Assembly (NCBI GenBank): GCA_963668625.2
Contig: CAXXKA010000008.1
Location: forward strand, 960,001-1,024,000
DNA length: 64,000 nt
DNA from: an uncultured candidate division Zixibacteria bacterium
Lineage (GTDB): Bacteria > Zixibacteria > MSB-5A5 > UBA10806 > 4484-95
Reading direction: 5' to 3'
A program made the position numbers and the translations under genes. The notes beneath the pieces are model-generated. The model saw only the letters and a program-made list of their open reading frames with translations. It was not told where the DNA came from and ran no database searches. Shown here one piece after another: positions 41,801 through 52,857 of this stretch (within the stretch, counting starts at the first letter, position 1; each line of letters opens with the position of its first letter).

Positions 41801-44800
41801 TGACGACGGCACCCCGAGCGATGAATATAAAGTAGCTCTCAGCGGTCCAAATGATCTTGATGAAACGACAGCGACCAGTTACTCGAATAACAACAGCGCC
41901 TTATCCGTTAATTTCGACGGCGTGGAGATGCCGGCGTATTATCCGCACGTCTCATCAATCACATCATTGATCACTGAAACCGAAACAACGCTGGGATTCA
42001 ATTTATATCGCGGTACCTCGACTGATCCGTTTAATCTCGGGTTGAAAATCAACGATGGTCTTCTTACCGAAAACATCTTCATCGATTATGGCGAAGATAG
42101 CTATGGGCCGATCGTGAACGGGACTCCATACTACTACCAGGTTACAGCGGTTCATGATATCGATGGTACTCAAATCGAAATAGGACCATCGAACCAGGCC
42201 GTAGGTATGGCAGTTAACCAGCCCCCCGAGACGGTCGAAAACCTAACGGGCGAAGTTGATGGTAATACTGTTAGCCTCAGTTGGGATGCCAATACCGATT
42301 ACGATTTAGTCTCGTACAACGTGTATCGCCGTAATTACCACGAATACAATTACAACCTCATTGGTAATGTCCGGGCGGTGGAGATGACCTTTAGCGAGGA
42401 TATATCAGTCGATGGACTGTATCGTTATAAAATTAAAGCTGTTGATGCCGGTGGTTTGGAGTCGAGTGAGTACTCAACTTATATCCAAGTCCAGATAGGT
42501 TTGCCCTCGCCCGGTAGAATTAGTGCCTCGAATGATTACGAATACTCTATCAATCTGGAATGGAGCGCTCCCCTAATGGGCGGTTCTGCTGCCGTTACCG
42601 CGAATGCCGAAAGCGATGACGACATACCGATTTCAAACTCGACGACTGATTTAGTGGATGCCGTGCTGAGCGGTTACAAATTATACAGGTCAGATAGTGA
42701 GGATGGAACCTTTGAGTTAATCACCTCTTTGAGCAGATACTCCATATCATATTATGATCGTACGGTCGATAACGGTATTCCTTACTATTACAGGGTAACT
42801 GCGGTTTACGATTCGGGAGAATCCGAACCGTATAATATAGCCGAGGGGCTGGCTGTTAACTATGCTCCGGAAGCCCCTACCGATCTTGTCAATGAAGTTG
42901 ACGGGAACACTGTAAGCCTGTCATGGGAATTTGAAAATGACATGGAGGATCTCGATCATTACAATATCTACCGCGAAAACACGGGTGAAACAGAATGGAT
43001 TCCTGTCGGAGCGAGTTCGGTGGAAAACTATTCGGATGAGGTTAATGCCGGTAACGGAATTTATAGATACCGTGTAACCGCAGTCGATAACGGTGATCCT
43101 CAACTCGAATCGGAATGTTCCGATTTTGATTACGCATATATCGGTAACTTACCTCCGCGAATTCTAATGGCGACGAGCAATCAAGATCAAGCCGTACCGT
43201 TAAGATGGCTTACGCCCGAAGTTCTGCCTTGTACGACGATTGTGTATGATGATAATAATGCGTACTTTGCTACATATGACAGAAGTGAAGTGTACTACTT
43301 GGCTAAAAAATTTACCGCCGAGGCGCCGGTAGAGGTGTGCAGCGCGTTCGTTCACGTGGCTACGGCAGGCGATAGGTTCGATGTCGATGCCTGGCCGGAT
43401 GGCGTGCACGATCCAGTTAAAATAACCATATTTGATGATAATGGCCGAGGTGAACCCGGCAATGCGTTAGCCGATACGATCGTAACCTGTGAAATGGGAG
43501 AGTGGATTACGGTTGGATTTGCCATGCCGATTATTTCCACTACGAACAATTTCTGGGTAGCCTGGAGTAATACCGGTTCATCCGGTTATGACGCTATGTG
43601 CGGCGATATGCAGCAGAATTACAGCTCTATAGATTGGGTTGGTGTTTATGGTGAGGGAGGCATAGCGTGGAGTTATTTCAGATCAATGTATGTTGTTGAT
43701 TTGATGATAAGAGCATCCATCGCCACTGAAAGCTCCGTAGAGCTGTTAACAGGGGATAAGCCCGTATCCGATCGCTTAGCTCGAAACTCGGGCGAGCAGC
43801 TCCCACAGGTTTGCAATACCGAGGAAACGCTTGGATACTATATCTATAGAAGCACTTCGCCTGATGTTCCGATAAATGACGATTATCGCATTACCCCGGA
43901 CTATCTTTCCAGTACTGTATACGAGGATGATGATGTTACCAACGGAAATACATACTACTATGTTTGCGCCGCCGCTTACGATAACGATGGCGTAACAGAA
44001 CTGGTGGCTTCCGATGAAGTTTCCGCCACACCGGTGAGCGGAGGTCAGCTTGAGGTTGATATCTCTTTGATAAACGCAACTGCCGAATTAGGGGATGATC
44101 CTGTTACTATTCCGATCGAGGTAACGAATGTTGGCGGTTTACCGGTTACGATGTACACCGGCTTAAACAGCGAAACCCTGAATTCAACAACGCGTTCCGG
44201 CAGCAATTTCTTCATCACAACAGATTTCCCGGATGATAGTGTCGGTATAATTCGTTTCGATACCCCGGAAGACGAATATCCAGTTACAACCAATACAGGC
44301 GGCCCTGACGATTACGGTTATTACTGGGCAGATTCGGATGATGAGTACGGTCCCGAATATGACTGGGTTGACATATCAGGTATCGGTGAAAGCCTGGAGC
44401 TGGCAGATAACGGGATGGCTTTCTCGCTTGACCTGGGATTCGGTTTCACATTTTATGGTAATACTTTTTACACGTTAAATGCCTGTTCTGACGGTTTTAT
44501 TAGTTTCGATTGCACCTCAAGCTCGGTAAACTATTCCAGGTTCCCGACATTTAATGTGCCTTTTAACGCGATTGCCCCGATGTGGAGTGGATATGATAAC
44601 GCTGATTTTAGTAGGAGTTCTTTCTACTATTACACCAACTACGAGGATACGATGATTGTATCCTGGCATAACGTAAAAGTGCACTACGCGGATTCCGAAA
44701 CTTATACTTACCAGATGATTTTAACTTCCGATAATGTTATTACCATGCAGTATCAAGATGTATGTGTAACCTCTGGAAACCATGCAAGCGTTGGTATTCA

Positions 44801-45386
44801 AAACGGCGATGCCTCGGACGGCCTGACAATATCTTATAACGATAGATATTTACACGACGGATTGGCGATCAGGGTATGTCCTCCATGGCTGGGCACTGAT
44901 CCGACCGGTGGGGTTATCGAAGCAGGAGAGACAGTCACTCTTAATGCTATCTTAGATCCTACAACGCTTACGACAGCCGATATATATACGAATACACTGA
45001 ACATAAACGGCTACGATTTAAATCATGAGTTGGCGCCGATAAGCATACCCGTAACTTTCATAGTTGAAACTACGGGCATCGATGATGAAACCACAATTTC
45101 GCTGCCTGAATCTTATTCACTCGATCAGAACTACCCGAATCCGTTCAATGGGAAAACCGAGATAAAATACGCCTTGCCCGTGGTAAGTGATGTTACCCTC
45201 GAGGTGTACAATGTTCTGGGTCAGAAAGTTGTGACTCTGGTTAACGCTAAACAAACCGCAGGTTACCACAGTTTAATTTGGGATGGTACTAATGAGTCCG
45301 GACAGGTTGTATCGTCAGGTTTGTATATGTATAAGCTGGTTACCAATGAGGATACTTTTGTAAAGAAAATGTTGATGCTTAAATAA
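38832..45386 (+). CDS. S8 (subtilisin / bacillopeptidase F-like) serine protease with FN3 domains and T9SS/FlgD-type C-terminal domain
   Basis: LDTG, HGTHTMG, AAGNEG, GTSMACPHVAG; DDG..PD..AGDG.FTA anchor-like motif; QNYPNPFN...KKMLMLK. Confidence 0.93.
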   Translation: MRIGLICWTALALVVFAFTTGIEAGTFSSDFNQFAADNQSKDVISAVITMSDRVDLEALKAELYAQKADRREWHETVVRALQDKATVAQADFIASLDEMVKQGKVENYRSFWLGNLIVVTAASDVFDELVLRADVDQIAPNYKVESIKDFENTDMPLTTSGVESGLSAIRADEVWAMGYTGEGRLVSHLDTGVQGTHEALANNWRGLDSRYSENPGWAWFDPISNSDYPFDGAGHGTHTMGTICGMGESGGDTIGVAFGAEWITAGVIDRLSGNQEIVFMIAALEWVVDPDGDPSTEWDVPDVCSNSWGVYTGDGSDYSPCDATFWEVIDCAEAAGIVVIFAAGNEGASGPETIRAPADRATTGLNCFSIGAVNGAERNFPIASFSSLGPSHCTPDGREAIKPEIVAPGVGVRSAYSGTGGYASMNGTSMACPHVAGVIALMRQANPNLTPDQVKQILIETAIDLGSGGEDNQYGHGIVDAYEAVQLALAYRDDFGVLTGTITDFATGDPISNAKLSTLSGSWSTTSNALGVYKLYLPANVSHIISISNSPSHLPLFDTLTVVANETTYVDYVLNSKVPVIFTVSFSNGDDISYRDFYIRGSWDNEGLYDVSWSGDLLAASDDGEFPDEAAGDGLFTAEVLLPVDQVNTYSWNVYTEDYGLNSIDDAYLASGVDFDVTDYEAVSVPTLNPNPTGSDNNFRFAIVGNNGLEFDLEPGFGEEANKWGVTTSLSANVTYDFTFNVMNGNQPVYGAGGVGGSEVSYTAVIDTVYEIIFNDDNDTHIIQPTNSEGPPQYLGTTNGQDGHIPVSWLNPENISSAEISYDDGVVNDAYYFNSSNDLAAVMFLPASYPVVIDSVFAHIITQGDEYWPWPDGTNDPMGLYIFVIGGHCDDGYPAPADEPIYYQEVTAEPGVGLRVDIPDIAITSGVFWVALSNLDVGGYDALALDAVTDYPPMQWYRRFGEWHRGGLFYGDQMIRTKVLCNDVSTWLAYDDGTPSDEYKVALSGPNDLDETTATSYSNNNSALSVNFDGVEMPAYYPHVSSITSLITETETTLGFNLYRGTSTDPFNLGLKINDGLLTENIFIDYGEDSYGPIVNGTPYYYQVTAVHDIDGTQIEIGPSNQAVGMAVNQPPETVENLTGEVDGNTVSLSWDANTDYDLVSYNVYRRNYHEYNYNLIGNVRAVEMTFSEDISVDGLYRYKIKAVDAGGLESSEYSTYIQVQIGLPSPGRISASNDYEYSINLEWSAPLMGGSAAVTANAESDDDIPISNSTTDLVDAVLSGYKLYRSDSEDGTFELITSLSRYSISYYDRTVDNGIPYYYRVTAVYDSGESEPYNIAEGLAVNYAPEAPTDLVNEVDGNTVSLSWEFENDMEDLDHYNIYRENTGETEWIPVGASSVENYSDEVNAGNGIYRYRVTAVDNGDPQLESECSDFDYAYIGNLPPRILMATSNQDQAVPLRWLTPEVLPCTTIVYDDNNAYFATYDRSEVYYLAKKFTAEAPVEVCSAFVHVATAGDRFDVDAWPDGVHDPVKITIFDDNGRGEPGNALADTIVTCEMGEWITVGFAMPIISTTNNFWVAWSNTGSSGYDAMCGDMQQNYSSIDWVGVYGEGGIAWSYFRSMYVVDLMIRASIATESSVELLTGDKPVSDRLARNSGEQLPQVCNTEETLGYYIYRSTSPDVPINDDYRITPDYLSSTVYEDDDVTNGNTYYYVCAAAYDNDGVTELVASDEVSATPVSGGQLEVDISLINATAELGDDPVTIPIEVTNVGGLPVTMYTGLNSETLNSTTRSGSNFFITTDFPDDSVGIIRFDTPEDEYPVTTNTGGPDDYGYYWADSDDEYGPEYDWVDISGIGESLELADNGMAFSLDLGFGFTFYGNTFYTLNACSDGFISFDCTSSSVNYSRFPTFNVPFNAIAPMWSGYDNADFSRSSFYYYTNYEDTMIVSWHNVKVHYADSETYTYQMILTSDNVITMQYQDVCVTSGNHASVGIQNGDASDGLTISYNDRYLHDGLAIRVCPPWLGTDPTGGVIEAGETVTLNAILDPTTLTTADIYTNTLNINGYDLNHELAPISIPVTFIVETTGIDDETTISLPESYSLDQNYPNPFNGKTEIKYALPVVSDVTLEVYNVLGQKVVTLVNAKQTAGYHSLIWDGTNESGQVVSSGLYMYKLVTNEDTFVKKMLMLK

Positions 45387-45424
45387 CTCTTCTTGATTTT
45401 CGCAGGATTGTTGAATGTATGATT

Positions 45425-45452
45425 AGGGCAGTCGTGTTAACGGCTGCCCTTA
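45425..45452 (+). terminator. Probable intrinsic terminator
   Basis: AGGGCAGTCG-TGTTAA-CGGCTGCCCT-TAA. Confidence 0.7.
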
Positions 45453-45587
45453 ATATTAAACGATCCGGGCCGTCCGTGCTATTCCGATCACAGCCCCGGA
45501 TAACCGAATTTATTATGATTGAACCTTCTGGTTCGAATAATAGATACTTAGCGTTTGTTTCCTGAGTGATCTAGCTCTTTAATCTTG

Positions 45588-46527
45588 TGTACGTCTTCAG
45601 AAACTTTTTGACAGATTTAGTCAAAATCTAAAAGACAGTTTTGATAATATCAAGCTAAAACCTGCTTTCGCATATTTTGTTGTTTTCTAAGACTTAACGT
45701 CCTCTTTTTGATCTGTTCACGTTTATCTAAAATATCTAAATCCCTACCATAGTAAACATCGGCAGGTGTTAATTACCCAGTGATTCATGGTATCGCTGGT
45801 TGTTGTAGTACTCCACGAACCGTTCGATCTCACGCTCCAGTTCGCCCGGAAGGTAGTAATGCCGAAGCTTGATCAGGTTCTTCATGGTGCGATGGTACCG
45901 CTCGATCTTGCCCTGTGTCTGGGGATGATCTCGGATAATCATCCATGACCGTGGACAGGTAGTACCAGCCCCAGCCGACTACCTTGAAATAGGTAAAATC
46001 AATCTGCCAGAGCTCGTTTATCCCGGTGGTCGGATGTTTGAACTTATCCGAGGCTTTCAGCACGATATAGGCCGAAGAGGTGATCAGGTCGTAAGCCTTC
46101 AATGTCCGGTAAACACTCGATTCAGAGATAAAATACTCCTGGGTATCGGTGATATACCAGGCCGGCTCTCTCGGCGACTTCTCAGGATGCTCTAAAACTA
46201 TATCAACGACCTGCTGTTTAACCTGATCAGGAATACGGTTCCAGAACTTCCTCGGCGAACTCTTTCAGTTGGCCAGACCATCATAACCGTGCTCTTTATG
46301 CCGCCGGCACTACTCGTAGAACGTTCCCCGATTGATATCAAGTTCTAATAGAGTCTTCCTGGCACTTAACTCCGAGTTCTCCACGATCTTAATTATCTCT
46401 ATTTTCTCAGCCTGGGTATATGATTGTTGTCTTTAGTCATGGTCAGTTCCTTTCAACAGGTTAAGCTAACCAAAACCGTCTTTTAATTCAAATGCTAAAA
46501 TGGCACGGTAGGCTTTGAAGGGTTACA
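45588..46527 (-). mobile_element. Degenerate IS481/IS3-like element (internal deletion, stops, frameshifts)
   Basis: TGT...ACA ends with imperfect inverted repeats; fragments YTQAEKIEII, FWNRIP, SESSVYR.LK, WQIDFTYF, HPQTQGKIERYHRTMKN. Confidence 0.8.
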
Positions 46528-46970
46528 GTTATAATCAATATGACTTAGCTTAGATAAACATAAATATTATATTTCTCCTTTATGTAATATCAAAAACAGT
46601 TAAATGTGCTAATTTACTATTTTAGCACAATTCTTAATATGTTGCCATTACCCATCTTACCAACAAACAATCATTTTTTGCTTGACAACTCCAGATTTTA
46701 TAATATCCTGTAATAGTTAGAACTACTAAATAATTACACCTTCTGTTCTATGAAAACAAATTAAATTACTCAGTGAAAAAATAGTAGTTGCAATAAATCG
46801 AAATGAAAATGAGTTGAAAAATGAGCATAGATCCAAGTTGATATTTCATCTGCAATTAATTGGAGGATAGTTGCTTATCAAAATACTAAAATCGCAGAAA
46901 ACGAAATAGATACATAGTTATAAACATTTAAAAGGATAATGATTTAGCGCGAAAAGTAAGGAGACTAATA

Positions 46971-49900
46971 ATGAATAAGTTTTACTCATTATTAATAACA
47001 GCAGTTCTAGTAACTTGTTTCAGCTTCACATTGGCAGGTAACAAACCGCCAGACCCATCAAGTCAGGATGACTACTCGCTCTGGCAAAAAACACCAAACG
47101 GAGAAATTGAGCTCGTCAATCCATCTGAAACTGAATCGGAAAAGTCCGTAATTTCTTCGCATGTATCGAATTTACTTGAACGAGTCCAGCTTTATCCGTT
47201 GCAGAACTCATGGGGAAAGTTGATTCTTAAACATGGCACCGAGGAACAGATCAGGCGGATGTACGATCTTTTAAGCAAGGGTTTTGCTACTACGGAGGAT
47301 TTTGAAAAGTTTAATGCTTTAACTGAAGAGATCCTGGCGCAAATCCCCCGTGATCCACTATCCACAATTACTGAGATTGGTGATAACTGCGCCGATCCAA
47401 TAGCTATTACCTCCCTGCCTTTTTCAGAAACACGTTCCATGACAGACTATAATAACTACTATTTCGCCGGTGGGAATGAAGTCATTTATAAACTTACCCT
47501 TACCGAGACGACAAGGATAAAAATCTCATTATGTAATAGCGAAGACCCTAATTTCGATGCTTTTCTAGCTTTAGTAAGATGGAGTGATTGCTCGCAATTT
47601 TGGTTTAATGGTTCATCCGTCCAGGGCCATAGTCTGGATGATTGCGGCAACATGCTTCCGGAAATACCGTATGTCGAGGCTTGCGCAGGCGATTGGGCTA
47701 TTATAGTTGACACATGGGATCCCATTTACAACACTGGCTCTTACACTATCGACATTACCATAGAGGATCCGGTTGTTCTTGAACCACCACCGGGAGCTTA
47801 TATGGAACAGGAGGCCTGCGGTGATAGCACAAATAATACCGACCCGATCAACGAGGCGGAACTTATAAGTTGTGGCTATACCGTTTGTGGCGCTATCTGG
47901 GCGGATTACTTGGAAAATGAGAACGATTATACTGGTGACGCTGATTTTTATACATTTACATTGGAGGACACTTACGAGCATTGGAAAGTTGATTTAACTG
48001 GAATGTCTGAATTTAGGACGAGGGTAGCCCTGTATGAGATTATTCCGGATTTACCATTTCCAATGTGGTGGAATATTGAATCATTTTATCCGGGTCAGCC
48101 ATTTGCCAATGAAATTACTGTTCGCCCGGGCACTTATTTATTGGCAATTTATCCAGCGAGACTAGCAGCCGACATCGTTTGCGATGATAACAGCCTTTAC
48201 TATTTTCAACTCGACTGTGGCCCCATAGAACCGGGAGGACCAGTGAACGACTGGTGTGATGATGTAACACCGCGTCTTCTCGAAAGCGGTGATTCTCTGA
48301 TTTTCACTGGCAACACCACTAACGCTACAATCGATTGTATTCAGAACGCACTGGTTCCAGATTTTGATATCATACCCACTCAAACCTTCTCTGGTGAAGT
48401 CTGGACAGCATTTACAACTACAGACACACTTGATGTGATTGTTGCTTTTTGCGATTCTGATCCCAACTCGGTGGGTCAATGCGCTTCATTGCTTTATAAT
48501 GATTGCCCTTGCGGCTACGATGGTGTTTCGGCCGATAGCTATAATTATTTATATTGTTCTGACGGCAGTTTAGCGTTGTATTTTAATGCTCTTCCCCCGG
48601 GAACGTACTATTATGAAATATTCAGAGATCTTGATATACTCGATGTCACCGATTACAGGCTGGCTATCAGCGGCACTCTTTGTCCCCAACCGCAGCCGAA
48701 TGATAACTGCGCGAATGCCATAGCTGTCTATGAGGATATACAAACTGAATTCAATACCACTTATGCCAGTTTTGATGGCCCCGGCTATTGCCTGGAATCG
48801 AAAAATGTCTGGTTTATATACGAGCCTGATGAAACCCATGCGGTGAGCGTGAGCTTGGAAGGGTCACGTTTTAACACCAAGATGGCTATTTACGAGGGGG
48901 GCGAGTGTCCTCCAAGTCAGGAATCGATGATCGAATGTAATAATAATTACAACTCACTTTCCAATTTCTCGTATATCGAGTTCCTGGCAGTTGAAGGAAC
49001 GCGATATTTGATCGAAGTCGGCGGGACAAACTTAGAAGCAAGAGGCGCCGGCTTTATGCTTATCTCCCCTATTGCCTCTCATGACGTACGCGTGGATAAG
49101 ATAATCAGCCCCCTGCCGGGAAATATTCTCGATCCAGGAACGGACTATGAATTAAACGCCATCGTTTCAAATAGAGGATTCTACGAAGAGACATTCAATG
49201 TAATTGCAGTTGACAATTATGGTTTCGAGTTAATCGAGGAATACATTACGTTAGCCCCAGGCGAACAGACGAATTTATTCGAGGGCAATTTCTATACTTC
49301 TCCTTCCGAAACTTGCGAGGACCATGAATTTAAAGTAATAACATCGCTGAATAGTGATGAATTTACATCAAACGATACTTTCACTGTTACTTACAACATC
49401 CCTCGTGAAGGTGATATAAGGCATTATGGTTATTACACCGACGGTGAAGATGCATGGATAAGTGGCCCAGTGTTCTCCGAAATGATATCAGCGACTAAAT
49501 TTGTTGCCGATGGGCGGGATGCGATTGTCTATATCGGTGGTAAATTCGCTAATACCACTTCGATCGATAGCACGATTGACCCGGTTAAGCTTTATCTTTT
49601 CCAGGATGATAACGATGACGGTTTCCCTGATGATGAACCGAGATTCGAGGCTGTCGTTCAGCTTCAGGGGATGGAATATAACTGGGTCTATGCTGTCTTA
49701 CCGTGCGATGTAGTTGTTGACAGCGGCCAGGTTTTCTGGGTCGGCTTCGGTATAGTTAGAGATGGCCGTGAAGGCTTTGAGGGTATCTTCGTCGATGCTC
49801 ATCCTGAGTGCGATAGCTCGTGGCTAAGGAGCCAATATGGCTATTGGGAGAGAAACGTTGAAGCTAACGGGGATAAGTTAATAGGCGCCTGGGCCTTGCC

Positions 49901-50207
49901 TGATTCTCTTACCGGTATCGATGATTGCGAGACGGGCTTACCGTTATTCTATGGGCTGGCTCAAAATTACCCCAATCCTTTTAACGCCCGGACTGTAATA
50001 CGTTACAACCTGGCTGAGCCTGGCTTAGCTACTATTACAATATTTGACATTTTAGGACGAAAGGTCGAAACACTGGTTGACGATTACCAGACAGCAGGCC
50101 TTCATCAAGTTACCTGGAACGCAGGAGACTTTGCTTCCGGATTGTATTACTATAGAATTCAGGTTGGTGACTATACTGAAACGAAAAATATGCTGCTTAT
50201 GAAGTGA
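46971..50207 (+). CDS. Secreted Cys-rich module protein with T9SS/FlgD-type C-terminal domain
   Basis: Signal peptide; GDNCAD, NDWCDD and NDNCANA modules; QNYPNPFN...SGLYYYR...MLLMK. Confidence 0.88.
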   Translation: MNKFYSLLITAVLVTCFSFTLAGNKPPDPSSQDDYSLWQKTPNGEIELVNPSETESEKSVISSHVSNLLERVQLYPLQNSWGKLILKHGTEEQIRRMYDLLSKGFATTEDFEKFNALTEEILAQIPRDPLSTITEIGDNCADPIAITSLPFSETRSMTDYNNYYFAGGNEVIYKLTLTETTRIKISLCNSEDPNFDAFLALVRWSDCSQFWFNGSSVQGHSLDDCGNMLPEIPYVEACAGDWAIIVDTWDPIYNTGSYTIDITIEDPVVLEPPPGAYMEQEACGDSTNNTDPINEAELISCGYTVCGAIWADYLENENDYTGDADFYTFTLEDTYEHWKVDLTGMSEFRTRVALYEIIPDLPFPMWWNIESFYPGQPFANEITVRPGTYLLAIYPARLAADIVCDDNSLYYFQLDCGPIEPGGPVNDWCDDVTPRLLESGDSLIFTGNTTNATIDCIQNALVPDFDIIPTQTFSGEVWTAFTTTDTLDVIVAFCDSDPNSVGQCASLLYNDCPCGYDGVSADSYNYLYCSDGSLALYFNALPPGTYYYEIFRDLDILDVTDYRLAISGTLCPQPQPNDNCANAIAVYEDIQTEFNTTYASFDGPGYCLESKNVWFIYEPDETHAVSVSLEGSRFNTKMAIYEGGECPPSQESMIECNNNYNSLSNFSYIEFLAVEGTRYLIEVGGTNLEARGAGFMLISPIASHDVRVDKIISPLPGNILDPGTDYELNAIVSNRGFYEETFNVIAVDNYGFELIEEYITLAPGEQTNLFEGNFYTSPSETCEDHEFKVITSLNSDEFTSNDTFTVTYNIPREGDIRHYGYYTDGEDAWISGPVFSEMISATKFVADGRDAIVYIGGKFANTTSIDSTIDPVKLYLFQDDNDDGFPDDEPRFEAVVQLQGMEYNWVYAVLPCDVVVDSGQVFWVGFGIVRDGREGFEGIFVDAHPECDSSWLRSQYGYWERNVEANGDKLIGAWALPDSLTGIDDCETGLPLFYGLAQNYPNPFNARTVIRYNLAEPGLATITIFDILGRKVETLVDDYQTAGLHQVTWNAGDFASGLYYYRIQVGDYTETKNMLLMK

Positions 50208-50286
50208 GACCCGAACGCAGGCAGTAGGATAACGGCTCATCAGCCCTGTGGCTGGTGAGCCTGTCGATTCCGATTTAAGGAGAATT

Positions 50287-51525
50287 ATGAAATACTTAAA
50301 AATTGTTTTGTTGGTAATGCTCTTAACGGCGTTTAGCTATACGATTGTAACTGCCCAGACAGTCGAGTTTGTCGGCAGTTATGATACACCGTCAATCGCC
50401 CGTGGTATTACTGTTACTGATAATTACGCTTATATTGCCTCAGGCTCATCGGGTTTGCTGATAGTAGATGTCTCCGATCCTGAAAATCCAGTATTTACAG
50501 GAAACTATCAAACATCAGGTACTGCCAATGATGTCTGTATCTCGGGAGATTACGCATATATAGCCGCCGGTTTTTCAGGCCTTCAGATAGTTAATATTTC
50601 CAATCCGGGCAGTCCATCACTTGCCGGCAGTTACAGTACTCCCGATCGTGCTTTAACTGTTCAGGTTATAGGTAACTACGCATATATAGCCGACAGGGCT
50701 TCATTCCAGATAATTGACATTTCCGATCCAGAAAATCCCGCCTTAGCCGGGAGTTGGAACAATTCAGCAAATGATCTTACAAGCGTTAATGTCAGCGGAG
50801 ATTATGCTTATTTGACCAGGTTAACATATGGACTGATTCTGGTGAGTATAACCGATCCTGAAAACCCAGAATATGTAGGCGAGTACTACAATGGAAGTAA
50901 CACCACCTATGACGTTCATGTCTCCGGCGATTACGCCTTTGTGGTTGATGGGTCATCACTGAAAATGATTAATACTTTTATCCCAAACGCTCCTACACTT
51001 TACGCGACGTGTTATGATTTGTCGATTGCGAAGAGTGTTTATGTTTCGGCCGGTTACGCTTATGTAGCCGACTTTGATTACGGGCTTCACGTGATATATA
51101 ATCCTGATCCATTTCATCTTACATATATCACGGGTTATGAGACGACCGAACATGTCTATGACGTTTTTGTTTTAAATGAATACATTTATATAACTGAGGG
51201 ATCTTCTCTTTTGATTTTAAGATATTCTCAGGTTGATATTAATGAAGAATTCAACCTGCCACAGGAGTTTTCACTATCGGGTAATTATCCCAACCCTTTT
51301 AACTGTTCTACGGTCATATCATATGAGCTGAAACAACCCACAGCGATCAGGCTTGATATCTATGATCTTTTAGGTCGCCGTATTGAGACGCTGGTTAATG
51401 AATACCAGCAAGCGGGCCAACACCGAATCACCTGGGATGCAACAGGTGTCAACTCCGGCGTTTATTTCTATAAAATGCAGACAAATGAATATACTGAAAT
51501 GAATAAAATGATATTGTTGAAGTAA
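50287..51525 (+). CDS. LVIVD-repeat beta-propeller protein with T9SS-type C-terminal domain
   Basis: Repeats V.G.YAY.A....GL.I.D.S.P.NP...G.Y; NYPNPFN tail; ATG at 50287 after AAGGAG. Confidence 0.9.
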   Translation: MKYLKIVLLVMLLTAFSYTIVTAQTVEFVGSYDTPSIARGITVTDNYAYIASGSSGLLIVDVSDPENPVFTGNYQTSGTANDVCISGDYAYIAAGFSGLQIVNISNPGSPSLAGSYSTPDRALTVQVIGNYAYIADRASFQIIDISDPENPALAGSWNNSANDLTSVNVSGDYAYLTRLTYGLILVSITDPENPEYVGEYYNGSNTTYDVHVSGDYAFVVDGSSLKMINTFIPNAPTLYATCYDLSIAKSVYVSAGYAYVADFDYGLHVIYNPDPFHLTYITGYETTEHVYDVFVLNEYIYITEGSSLLILRYSQVDINEEFNLPQEFSLSGNYPNPFNCSTVISYELKQPTAIRLDIYDLLGRRIETLVNEYQQAGQHRITWDATGVNSGVYFYKMQTNEYTEMNKMILLK

Positions 51526-51588
51526 GCCATTGAGTATAAAATATGTTACTCCAGAAATATCAACAACAGTAACCGAACAGGGTCGCGA

Positions 51589-52812
51589 ATGAAACCGGAA
51601 CCGATCATAAAATTTCTTAAAGCTTTCGATTTAAATACTTACGAGGCTAAGTGCTATCTGGCGCTTTTAAAACGTGATAACTTGTCGGCTGCCGAAGTAG
51701 CTAAGTTATCCGGGGTCCCCAGGGCGCGGGTGTATGAGATTCTCGACAATCTTATGGACAGAGGTTTTTGCCATTTGGTCGCGGGACAAGTGAAAAAATT
51801 CAGGGCGGCGAGTCCGCTGGTTTTTCGTGATCTGGTAGAACAGAAACATGAAAAAACCAAAATTGAAATCGATCGACAAGAAGAATCGCTTAAATCCAAT
51901 ATTGTGGGTAGAAAACAGAAATTAAATTCCGCAATTGAGCAAAAAAAGCAAGAGTTCGCTTCTAAAGTAGAACAAGAGAGGCAGAAATACGACTCTGAAA
52001 TAAAACGAAAAACAGAGGAATTCAACTCCGAGATGGAGCGAAAAAAGCAAGACTTCGACTCTGGAATCGAGCGAAAAATAAAGGAATTTAATTCGCGAAT
52101 CGAGCGGGAAACCGAAAGGGTTGATGCCGTAATCATGCGGGAGAAAAAGAAATTCGATTCCGAAGCTGAAAAAGAAAAACGAGAAATCGAATCGCTAAAG
52201 AAAAATGTGGAAAATGTTGTCGAAACTTTCGTAGAGACTTATAAAAAAGGCCGTATGAACACCGCCCCTCTTGATTACATCGAAATCTTAAGAGAGCCTA
52301 CGCAGATTTTTAATAAATTCATGCAGTTTGAAAAAAAGGCCCAGCATGAAGTTTGCGCCTTTATAAGGACAAGTTACAGTAGTGCCAGACCTTCGCTGGA
52401 ACTCGCGAAAAAATATGATAAGGCTGAAAAAGACCTGAGGTTTAATTTGCTTAAAAAGGGTGTAAAGTACAGAGTTATATATGAAGCGCCAGGTTTAGAT
52501 AAGTCTATTATAGATAAGTCCCAGCTTGACAAAGAAACGATTATTAAATTTTCCAAGTGTAATGATAAATTGGCCGAAGCCGGCGAGGAAGCTAAAACAT
52601 TACCGGAATTGCCAATGGTTATGTCTATCTGGGATTCCAAAGCCTTTGTGGTCTTGCTCAACGATCCGGTTTCCGGGGAACCGACTCATACCTCGTTGTT
52701 CATTGAGCATCCGGCGATGGCGCAGAGCATGAAAATAGTATTCGAAGCGTTCTGGGCGAAGGCCGAAGACCGTCAAGTTTGGAAAGAACGCGAACATAAA
52801 AAATTGAAATAA
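51589..52812 (+). CDS. TrmB-family regulator (paralogue 3) with expanded coiled coil
   Basis: TYEAKCYLALL, SGVPRARVYEIL..L..RG; 11-aa repeats; FEAFWAKA. Confidence 0.88.
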   Translation: MKPEPIIKFLKAFDLNTYEAKCYLALLKRDNLSAAEVAKLSGVPRARVYEILDNLMDRGFCHLVAGQVKKFRAASPLVFRDLVEQKHEKTKIEIDRQEESLKSNIVGRKQKLNSAIEQKKQEFASKVEQERQKYDSEIKRKTEEFNSEMERKKQDFDSGIERKIKEFNSRIERETERVDAVIMREKKKFDSEAEKEKREIESLKKNVENVVETFVETYKKGRMNTAPLDYIEILREPTQIFNKFMQFEKKAQHEVCAFIRTSYSSARPSLELAKKYDKAEKDLRFNLLKKGVKYRVIYEAPGLDKSIIDKSQLDKETIIKFSKCNDKLAEAGEEAKTLPELPMVMSIWDSKAFVVLLNDPVSGEPTHTSLFIEHPAMAQSMKIVFEAFWAKAEDRQVWKEREHKKLK

Positions 52813-52857
52813 ATCAGTGGTAATAAATAAAGTCGCCGAGCGTAAACGCCCGGCGAT

